Below are positions 12,720 to 23,469 of a DNA stretch of 64,000 nt, one piece after another. The translations under genes were made by a program, and so were the position numbers. Source of the DNA: Welwitschia mirabilis (taxonomy: Eukaryota); contig JBOZIK010000001.1 of the NCBI GenBank assembly GCA_051453625.1, forward strand, positions 46,943,482-47,007,481, written 5' to 3'. Below the pieces are notes generated by a model. The model saw only the letters and a program-made list of their open reading frames with translations, made no database searches and was not told the origin of the DNA. Positions within the stretch are counted from its first letter, which is position 1. The number at the start of each line of letters is the position of its first letter.

Positions 12720-15500
12720 AAAGAAGAACACCTAGATAACTAAAGCCCACAACATTGAGAGAGAACAAAAAAAACCAAGGTATCTTCCTTCAACATGAAG
12801 TTCATAGATGGATGAATGTCTTGATATTGGATGAATCTAATCTTATAATTCTAAGTAAAATATTTACTAGTCATGATAACTTCATGAAGTAAGACATTAA
12901 TTAAGTTAAAGATGTTCAAGTAATAGGATGTTATTTACTAAAAGAATTAGCTAAGGAAGAATTTAGGTAATGGCAGGAAGAAAATCCAAGACAAGTGCTT
13001 ATATTATGTTTAAGGTTTAATTGATAGATATTTTTAATGATTTTTAGCTTTCTATCCATTAACTTATAAATTTCCCAAGTATTCAAGTCATAAGTTTCAA
13101 CTTAGCCATTTTAAGATGTATTTTTTCTAAAAGATAAGGACCTAACCATTAAAAGGTTTAACTAGTTGTGTAAAAGGTATACTTGAGTATTGTATCTTTT
13201 TGAAAAATAAGGGCCAAATCAAATAGATACTAACTGATAAAACATAAAAGGTATACAATCATTTTGGAGTAAAATCAATTGGAGGAAAATAAAGCAAATG
13301 ATAAAACATTGATAGCACAATTTTTAAAAACCAAATAAGAGATAAAGAAGTGATAAATTTCATTGATAAATAATCTATTATTAAAAAATTATAAAACATG
13401 AGTATCATTATATAATTCATTTAAGGTACAACTCATAGAATGGATCCAAGAAGTTTTTAAGGGATTTTGACAATGTTTACTAAGATTGAAAATATCCTTA
13501 AAATATAACTATAAGTATGGATTATTATCAAGAAGATAAGGTTTAGCCTAATTAAAAATTTTAAGATATTTCATGCCAAACTTTTAAAAAGGATAATCAT
13601 CAAAAGCATAAGGTAAAGTAAACTTGGTAGAAAAAGAAAGAATATTACTTTGAGTATCACATGGATTTTTGAAAGAAATATATTGAGAGATACACGAAAT
13701 AGACTTTCCAAAATTATAATTTTAATTAAAGTCAAGAAGAGAAATATGACTTTGAGAATTATATGAAGGTTTAAATGGAAAAGGTAGAGAAAGGTTATAA
13801 TTATTAAGACCATAAGATAATGTGAAAGTGAAAGGAAAGATGTGATTTAAAGTTATACATGAAGGCATGGGTGAAAAGGATGTAGAAGTATAAGTAGAAT
13901 GAACAAGTTTCTCCTCTATGAAGTTTGAATAAAGTTCTATGAGTCCTTCATAAATTTCTTCATTATTGCCTTTATCATTATTTTGTTNNNNNNNNNNNNN
14001 NNNNNNNNNNNNNNNNNNNNNNNNNNNNNNNNNNNNNNNNNNNNNNNNNNNNNNNNNNNNNNNNNNNNNNNNNNNNNNNNNNNNNNNGGAGAACACCCAA
14101 ACAACTAAAGACTCATACCATTGAGAGAGACTAAAAGAACTAAGGAATCTTCCTTTGAAATAAAGTTCACAGATGTATGAATGTCTTAAGATTAGATGAA
14201 TTCAATCTTATCATTATGAAATGCTCAAGTAAAAGATTTACTAGTTATGATAACTTTATAAAGTAAAACATTAGTCAAGTTAAAGATGATTAAGTGATAG
14301 TATGATGTTTATCAAAAGAGTTGACTAAGGAAGGATTTAAATGATGGTAGGAGTAAAATCCAAGACAAGTGCTTCTATCATATCCAAGATTTAATCTATA
14401 GATATCTTAATGATCTTTAACCTTTGTCCATTAACTTCTAAATTTCCTAAGTGTCTAGGTTGGAGATTTCAACTAAGCCACTCAAGATGTACTTTTTCTA
14501 AAAGATAAAGACCTAACCATTAAGAGGCTTAACCATTTTTGTAAAATGTGCACTTGGGCATTATATTTCTAAAATAAATAAGGGCTAAACCAAATAAAAA
14601 ACAATTGATAAAATATAAAAGGTATAAAATCATTTTTAAATAAAATCAATTGGAGGGGCAGACATTAGAAAAATAAAACTTTGATAGCATAAATTTCAGA
14701 ATTCAAATAAAAGATAAAGAAGTGATAAATGACATTAACAAATAATATCTTCTTAAAACATTATAAATCATGAGTATCATAATATAATTCATTCAAGGCA
14801 TAACTCAAAGAGTGGATTCAAGACATTATTAAGGGCTTTTAATAATGTTTAATAAGATTTAGAAGATTTTTAAGATTCAATTCTAAGAATGGATTATCAT
14901 CAAGAAGATAAGGTTTATCCTAATTTAAAATTTCAAGATATTCTAATTCATACCTTTAAAAAGGATAATCATTAAAAATACAAGGTAAAGTGGACTAGGT
15001 NNNNNNNNNNNNNNNNNNNNNNNNNNNNNNNNNNNNNNNNNNNNNNNNNNNNNNNNNNNNNNNNNNNNNNNNNNNNNNNNNNNNNNNNNNNNNNNNNNNN
15101 TAAGAATAATCATTAAAAACACAAGGTAAAGTGGACTTGGTAGAAAAAGAAAGGATGTTACTTTAAGTATCACATGGATTTTTAAAAGGAAGAGAGTAAG
15201 AGATAGTAGGAATACACTTTTCAAAATTATGAGTTTCATGACATTTAAGGAAATGAAGGTGGATTTGAGAATTACATGAATATTCACATGGAATGGATGG
15301 CAAAATGTTATTCTTATCAAGATCATAAGGTAATATTAAAGTGAAAGTAGAAGTGAAAAGAATGATGTGATTTGAAGTTGTACATGAAGGCACAGGTGGA
15401 AAGGATGTAGAAGTATAGGTAGAATGAACAAGTCTATCCTTTATGAAGTTTAAATGAATCTCTATGGGTTCTTCATTGTGGTAATTTTCTTTATTGTTTT
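12720..15500. repeat. Diverged tandem duplication (~1.3-1.4 kb units: 12720-13987 and 14088-~15500)
   Basis: Colinear similarity; ORF-track peptides 13722-14096 and 15163-15546 share LVHSTYTSTSF.P.PSC.T.NHI. Confidence 0.85.
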
Positions 15501-16560
15501 CTTTATCACTATTTTTTTGGATTGTTTTTTTTACTTTTCTCATCATTGGTTGTGACTATTATCTTCCTTCTCTTATGGAGTATGGCTCTCATTCTTTAAT
15601 TTGTTGGATTCATTAAAAAGATCATCAGGAGTAATATGAACATCATATTAATCATGGATTAAAATATTTTTAAATTTTTCATAAATGGATTTCTCATCTA
15701 GATTGTCTATTAGTAAATGAATGATAGGGATATAATCTAATAGCTCAAGATAATCATCTAATACATGGTCATCCTCATCCTTATTATTGAAAGATTGAGT
15801 TAAGTTATTATTATCTCTTCTTTACTTATCTGCTAATGAGTAGGATGTTGAATTTTGATCTAAAAAATTTCATTCTCTATTTGAAAGTAAGAATCATTGT
15901 TATTTATTTCTAAGTGCTTCTCATTTTTGTTAAGGTAGGATGAAGTAGGATAAGTTTGAGGATGTTGTATTGTAAAAGAACCTTAATTTTGTAATAGTAT
16001 TTATTGAAATATATCAATCAAATTATATAGGTTTTTGTTGATATTTTCTCGTATCTTTTTCATTCAATCAATTATTTCTTTCATTGGATCATTTTTTTCC
16101 TCATATTAGTTCATAAGAGGTGGATAATCTTCATAGTAATTTATGGAAGTGGATCGAATTGATAAAAGTGATTGTTGGGTGTTTCTTCAAATAAGGTAGA
16201 ATCCCTAAAATGTGGAAAATCTTTGTTGTTATTTCTATATAAAGTTTTAAAAGAAGAGGGAAAAGAATAAAAAGGTTGAAACGAGGAATGGCCCCAATCC
16301 CTACTCTCAACATTACTTTGTATTATCCTTCCTCTTTCTACAAAAATTTCTTGAAGTGTTTTCTTACCATCATCATCAAAATTTTTCAATTTCTTCTCCT
16401 TTCAGAAATAATTTCCCTAAGAGTCCTTTTATCATTATTTATTAAAGTAATTGATAAGAATGAAATAAGAGAATCTAATTCAAGATGGTAAGGAATATAA
16501 ATACAAAGTAAAGATCAAGTTCTACTCTTTTTGATGTTTCATCTTTTTATCAAAATTTTT
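15500..16560 (-). pseudogene. Decayed gag-like N-terminal region
   Basis: KTLQEIF...KDFPHFRDSTLFEETPNNHFYQF resembles the start of an Athila gag (P.F.G...E.P..H); position follows the PBS and 5' UTR. Confidence 0.45.
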
Positions 16561-16994
16561 AGGATCTTTATCACCTAAAAGATATGTAATGGTTGTTGTT
16601 TTAATCATCATGGGAATAACTAATGGAATGATCATAGAAAAAAAAATTGCAGAATAAAAAAACAGAAAGAACAAATTATAGAAAGTAAAAGCAGTTATTG
16701 TCATCCTATATGTCATGGGATGACAATGGAGAAAATGTATTATTATGCTATAAAAATCAAAAACATAAAACCCTAAAAAACTTATGGAAAAAAATAAATC
16801 TATAGATTGTCATCCTAAGTATTGTGGAGATGACAGAGGGGACAATAGTACTTATTACAAACTCAAAAATCAAAAACTATGAAAAGAAAACCTATGATTC
16901 TAACTAGAAATACAATATTACTATAGATAAATATTTGAAGTAAAATATGATCTACTCACTTGAGTAATCAAAATCCTCATACTTCTCACTAGAA

Positions 16995-17013
16995 TTCCCC
17001 GACAACAATGCCA
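16995..17013 (-). promoter_or_regulatory. Athila-type PBS (tRNA-Asp-like, decayed)
   Basis: TTCCCCGACAACAATGCCA vs TTCCCCGGCAACGGCGCCA. Confidence 0.8.
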
Positions 17014-17016
17014 ATA

Positions 17017-18317
17017 TATTATGGTATGTAATTTTGCAATCCATTACGTCTTGCTAAATCTTATTAATCACAAATAGATATATTATGCAATAGAACATAC
17101 TAGTATATATGGGAGTAATCCAAATGTCATAAATTCATTGAAGGTATGCAAGAGAAGAAAGAAAATTGATTTATAGAGAAATATTTTATCCTATTAAACT
17201 TTAATGCAATGGTAACAGAAAATAAACACATGATGTAATGCAAATGTAACTTAATCTAGATGAACACCTATCCAATTACCAAATTAACTTATCAAAAAGA
17301 TTGGCCATATGTAACCTAAATTAGTTAGGGAAACTATCACTAACCAAGACTAACTTAAGCTATCAAGTAAGTTGAAGAGAGTGTAATGTTAAATGCTCCT
17401 AAACTACTATCGTAAACCTTAATAAAGGTTGTTCTTATGACCTATATCATTAATGAGATTATCACTAAATCAAAAACAACATAACCATTAGGAATATTAA
17501 AAAGTATTAATGAAAAGAAGAAATAAATTTTGTATTATCAAATCATCATCTAGGTTATAAAGCAGCTACACCTCAATGGAGGATGCACAGCCTAACACCA
17601 AGGAAGACATATCTCTGTAACTACTCAGGATGGATCTTCTGCCCTTCAATCTCCTATCACATAAATTTTTAGTGCATCGAAGATGATAGAAGAATCGAAG
17701 GAGATATTTATCTATACAATAAATAAATCATAACTATTGCTTAAGATGTAACAGTCACACTAGAAAACATGCTCAATCTTAAGAAAGAAATGGATAAAAT
17801 GGATAAAAGTTGGCTAGTCATTTTAGTGTTGTCCTGAGTCTCATGGGAATGATACTAGGGATGATACCCCATAATAATGGATGACTCATCAGATTCTAGC
17901 TTCACAGTTAGCCCTATAGTTAGCTTCATGTATATTGTTGTCCTACATGTCATGGGAATGACATTGGAAATGGCACTTATTTAGAAGAAAAGGACTCATT
18001 GGGTCCTAGCTCTAGTTCACATTAGCAAAAAAAATAGTCATTAAAGTGTGTTATCATGCTCATTGTGGGGATAATAGTGGGGATGATAGTCTTTCTTATC
18101 TTTTCAGCTTGAAAGAAATCAACCTTTTACATCATTGATCTTCCTCCAAAGAACTAAGTATTAGAATATGCCTGAAATGCCTCTAAATATGTCAATAATT
18201 GCATGTTTCTATGATCATCCCATCAACTCTCTATAATCATCAAAATTGCATCTAAACCTATATAAATATCCTACAAAATAACTCATAATACCCCATCAAA
18301 TACATACAATTTGGCAG
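17017..18317 (-). repeat. 5' LTR, family A (end runs into a gap)
   Basis: Colinear with 9314-10607; adjacent to the PBS. Confidence 0.9.
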
Positions 18318-19143
18318 ATCAAAATNNNNNNNNNNNNNNNNNNNNNNNNNNNNNNNNNNNNNNNNNNNNNNNNNNNNNNNNNNNNNNNNNNNNNNNNNNN
18401 NNNNNNNNNNNNNNNNNNNNNNNNNNNNNNNNNNNNNNNNNNNNNNNNNNNNNNNNNNNNNNNNNNNNNNNNNNNNNNNNNNNNNNNNNNNNNNNNNNNN
18501 NNNNNNNNNNNNNNNNNNNNNNNNNNNNNNNNNNNNNNNNNNNNNNNNNNNNNNNNNNNNNNNNNNNNNNNNNNNNNNNNNNNNNNNNNNNNNNNNNNNN
18601 NNNNNNNNNNNNNNNNNNNNNNNNNNNNNNNNNNNNNNNNNNNNNNNNNNNNNNNNNNNNNNNNNNNNNNNNNNNNNNNNNNNNNNNNNNNNNNNNNNNN
18701 NNNNNNNNNNNNNNNNNNNNNNNNNNNNNNNNNNNNNNNNNNNNNNNNNNNNNNNNNNNNNNNNNNNNNNNNNNNNNNNNNNNNNNNNNNNNNNNNNNNN
18801 NNNNNNNNNNNNNNNNNNNNNNNNNNNNNNNNNNNNNNNNNNNNNNNNNNNNNNNNNNNNNNNNNNNNNNNNNNNNNNNNNNNNNNNNNNNNNNNNNNNN
18901 NNNNNNNNNNNNNNNNNNNNNNNNNNNNNNNNNNNNNNNNNNNNNNNNNNNNNNNNNNNNNNNNNNNNNNNNNNNNNNNNNNNNNNNNNNNNNNNNNNNN
19001 NNNNNNNNNNNNNNNNNNNNNNNNNNNNNNNNNNNNNNNNNNNNNNNNNNNNNNNNNNNNNNNNNNNNNNNNNNNNNNNNNNNNNNNNNNNNNNNNNNNN
19101 NNNNNNNNNNNNNNNNNNNNNNNNNNNNNNNNNNNNNNNNNNN

Positions 19144-19752
19144 TAATATAGCAAATAGATATTTTCAAAATACACAAGAAAGAGGAACAAACTTTAGAGA
19201 GAGGAATTTTAGAGAAAGAGGTAGATGGAGAAGCTCATCACATTATCAACCAAATAATCAAGAAAGGGGACATCATCTTACTCTAAATAATTAGTAACAG
19301 TAAAACATTAGAGGTAGAGGATTTAAAAACATAAGAAAAAGGGGAAATTCACAAAATTAAACTCAACGTAAATGGACACAATGAGGTTATAATAAACCAT
19401 TAGTATATCACTATCATCAAAAAATAGGTCATCCTTGGAAAATTTGTAGATCACGAATGAGAGACTATGGAATACCACCTCTATCAATGTAAGGAGCAAG
19501 GAGAAACATTACTTTACTTTTTCATTATAAGAGACCAGATTTCAATTTAAATTTGTAGATCATAAATGAAAGACTATGGAATACCAATGTAAGGATTTAT
19601 AGCATATGATTAATAAGAGAAAAGTAAGGAGCAAAGAAAAACATCACAATATGAACAGAATCATCCATCATTTATAATAATTATTAAGGACAATAGGGAG
19701 GAGTAAAATCATTTATTTTTCTTGCTACAAATGACAATTCATGGTACTTAAA
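19144..19752 (+). pseudogene. Copia gag C-terminus, zinc knuckle and start of protease; probable continuation of the gag cut at 9313
   Basis: RG-rich stretch (ERGRWR..RGRGF), decayed CCHC knuckle (VYHYHQKIGHPWKICRSR), and NSWYLN resembling copia WYLDSG. Confidence 0.65.
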
Positions 19753-21861
19753 TTTAAAGCTGGCCTAAATATTTAGCTTTAGGCTAGTGTTAGTCAACTT
19801 CTTAAACTTGTACGTTGATGGTTTAGCTCGAAATCCAACTCGAAGTTCCAACTTTGGGTCGATGTCAATTAACTAAGTGATATTTTTTTTGCTTATAGGA
19901 TGAAGAAGTAATCAGGTTGATTTGAAATCCAACTCGAAGTTTTAACTTTAAGTTGTCATCAATCCCTCATATGATTTTATTTTATTACAAGCCTTCAAAG
20001 CATAAAAAGACAAATGAGTTGGCATGAGATCTAACTCAAAGTTTTGAATTTTAGTTGGTTTCAACTAAAAATTTTCAGATTTTCATCATAGTGGTTTAAT
20101 CTAAAATATGACTCAAATTTTTAGCTTTGGGTTGGTTTCAATCAACTGGATGAACTTGATTTCAAGGCCTATTTTATGATGATATCTTATTGGAGGAAAA
20201 ACATCAGTAACTTTTATTTCTTATTCTTACCTGAAATCAAATAAATAAAAATAAAATTCTTTTCTATGTTATTAGACATGATCTAAAAAGTCTTCTTTTA
20301 ATTAAAAGTCTTTACAGGGTTTTTCTTAATTACCTGGGAATGCAGATTATGATGACAAAGTTTGATAGGTTTCTATAATGGCATGTAGCTCAAGAAAAAT
20401 TAAAATGATCATAAATTAATCTGAAGTTCTAATTNNNNNNNNNNNNNNNNNNNNNNNNNNNNNNNNNNNNNNNNNNNNNNNNNNNNNNNNNNNNNNNNNN
20501 NNNNNNNNNNNNNNNNNNNNNNNNNNNNNNNNNNNNNNNNNNNNNNNNNNNNNNNNNNNNNNNNNNNNNNNNNNNNNNNNNNNNNNNNNNNNNNNNNNNN
20601 NNNNNNNNNNNNNNNNNNNNNNNNNNNNNNNNNNNNNNNNNNNNNNNNNNNNNNNNNNNNNNNNNNNNNNNNNNNNNNNNNNNNNNNNNNNNNNNNNNNN
20701 NNNNNNNNNNNNNNNNNNNNNNNNNNNNNNNNNNNNNNNNNNNNNNNNNNNNNNNNNNNNNNNNNNNNNNNNNNNNNNNNNNNNNNNNNNNNNNNNNNNN
20801 NNNNNNNNNNNNNNNNNNNNNNNNNNNNNNNNNNNNNNNNNNNNNNNNNNNNNNNNNNNNNNNNNNNNNNNNNNNNNNNNNNNNNNNNNNNNNNNNNNNN
20901 NNNNNNNNNNNNNNNNNNNNNNNNNNNNNNNNNNNNNNNNNNNNNNNNNNNNNNNNNNNNNAATTTTAAACTAAACCTTAGTAAATTTGAAATTCCTCAA
21001 TTCCTATCATGCTCTAAGATTGGTGTTAATACTTGGCATACTTTAGCTATTAGTAAAATAGGTATGCAGCTTTTACATAATCCTTTACTTCAATATTGAA
21101 CACATGTACATGAGGTAACTTAATATAAACCACACTTATCAAATATGATAGTAAGACCTATGCTATAAATCTCATTCTTTTTCACGCTAATCATTCATCA
21201 TTCTTCTACTGAGCTTTAGAATTCCTTTACTTAATCATATTTCAATCCTTCTTATTTTTTCTTGGTTAAGCCTTATGACTTGCACTCCCCCTCACTCTCC
21301 CATTTCTACCTCTGGTATAAAAAATGTGAAATGTTGCTTATTTAATTTTGGTTCCACGTAGATAGATGTGTATTAGTAGTGTAGACCTTCAGTCACCTTA
21401 AATCTCTATAAGGTTATAAAATGAGGTATAATAGTGCTTATATTATGACTATAAATTGACTACTGAGGTCTTAGATACCTTAGGTTTCTTCATCATTAAG
21501 GCTAATAAAAATTGTTTTGAAAATAGTGCCATTCCCCTAACTTTTCATCCTATGATCCATCACTTGGTGGATAAGTATCTGAGGGTGTGAACTAAAGAAC
21601 TTCATTGACAACTCAATCACAAAGACTCAACCTATGACCTTTTTTTGGGATAATTAGTTGAATAGATGCAAGTACTAGAGAAAAGTTTAATCATCTTCAA
21701 GGCACAAACGCTATCCTTAGTATTACTACCTTGAGTTTTAATAAGGATAATATAGAGAAGATAATATGGGATGGTAGGCCTTATCAAAACTTTTAATGAG
21801 TCCACCTAGAAGAGATTAATATGCTATCTAAATCTCTAGGTGAGATGCATCTACTGCCCTT
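19753..21861 (-). mobile_element. LTR and 3' non-coding fragment, second copy of ~23940-25431
   Basis: Colinear similarity, e.g. ATGCTATCT..TCTCTA.GTGAGATGCAT at 21821 and 25391; palindromic repeats in both; possible LTR end AAAACATCA at ~20205. Confidence 0.75.
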
Positions 21862-23387
21862 NNNNNNNNNNNNNNNNNNNNNNNNNNNNNNNNNNNNNNN
21901 NNNNNNNNNNNNNNNNNNNNNNNNNNNNNNNNNNNNNNNNNNNNNNNNNNNNNNNNNNNNNTGTATAATTAATTGTGTATTAGTTGTTTTAGAAACTACT
22001 AATTTTCATGTAATGTTATTATGATAATATTGTTTATGTCGAATAATGAGTCTCTCAAATTTATTATAAGAAGTGTTATGGATATGTGTACAATATATTA
22101 CCCTTTTATTTGTAAGAATTACAAGTGCTTCTCCTCTAATGTAAGATTTTATTTATGTTCTATTTTATATTGGTGCTTAGATTATTTATTTGAAACAAAC
22201 ATGTAACTATGATTATATCTTATTAATTAGAGAAATTATCCTTATAATAACTTAGATGATTAATGAGGAGTTTAAAATTTGTAGAATTTTATTAGAAGTT
22301 TATTTATTACATATATTAAAAATTCAAGATAAAATCCTAAGAGGAAATTTTAAATAGTTTTTTATTTTCTTAAATGGCCTAAGGGGTGTATTAAAAACAT
22401 TTAGGGGTATTAACTATGGAACCTCTTGATAGAAAAAAAAAGGGGCTCATATATGAGGTATTTATAATTAATAGGATCTTAATAACCCCCTGTTCTCAAC
22501 TTCTTATTAATAAATCATTTATTTAAAAATTTAATTATGCATCAATAGGGAATCAAACTGCTTCCCACCTCATTAGTTCTTTCTCTTCTTTGCCATTATG
22601 CTATGGGTCCAAGCTATAGGAAAGAGCCATTTAGAAAGTGATTACTACAAAACTGTTTTAACTTAGTTCTTTCCATAGTATGCATTTCTTATTCTATGCA
22701 TCCCTTTTCCTTCCAGGACGCCTCTTTCAAGTGTCTTACCTTTTGCATTTCCTTCACTGCATGGATCGCTCTCTACCAAAACCTACATCTTTAGCTACTT
22801 ACATTGCTTACCTTCATCCTTGTAGAGCATCCTTCGTCTTTATGACTGCTTGCATTGTATCTATCCTATGCTTAATTGCATTCCCCTCTCTTCTACTTTC
22901 CATCATGGGCTGTGGTTCTCCTACCCATCACACCTTGTCTATAACTAGCCTATGTGTCTGAAAGCCTAGTGCTCTCTTATGTCTATTGAACATGCATATT
23001 CTATCCCTCATGTCTCATCTCACTTGTCCCTCCTTCCTTGCTAGTAGACAATGCCTTTGCCATAATAGCAATCTACCTCCATTCAGTCTTAGTCATCAGA
23101 ATCCTTCTTGAGAACTTTAACAACATGTGATTGTGCTTTCTATGCTGGTGCTGCCTAGTTTCTAGTGCATATTATACTCTGCCTACCTTCTGATATTCAA
23201 AAGTACCTGTCATTTAATGCCTATCTTTTCGTGTCCATCTTCCATTCTTTCACCCATAGACCTCCACTGGAACGTGCTTTCCTCTACCCTATAACCACAT
23301 CCTTCATAGACTACTAGACTAGGTTGTCTTAAATAACCACCCATCATGCTTCTCATATATAGAATTCCACCATGTATCCTTAGCAAC

Positions 23388-23460
23388 GAGCTATTAGTAT
23401 AGTGGTAAATATGCCTTCAAAATGATATAAATGTCATAGGTTTAAATCCAACTTAAGACA
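23388..23460 (+). pseudogene. tRNA-derived sequence (Pol III A/B boxes; tRNA pseudogene or SINE head)
   Basis: A box TAGTATAGTGGTAA (23395-23408) and B box GGTTTAAATCC (23439-23449) at tRNA-like spacing; no intact cloverleaf seen. Confidence 0.55.
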
Positions 23461-23469
23461 CTTAGAAAT

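Larger units (their letters stand above)
9314..18325 (-). mobile_element. Near-complete non-autonomous Athila-like LTR element (gag-like remnant, no pol, no env-like ORF)
   Basis: Paired LTRs 9314-10615 and 17017-~18317, PBS 16995-17013, PPT next to 10616; no RT, RH or IN motifs seen in the 6.4 kb interior. Confidence 0.85.

Noticed and set aside
18258-19294. Long ORFs in the ORF track (also 41710-42456 and 58397-59416)
   Set aside because: Artefacts of translating through N gaps.
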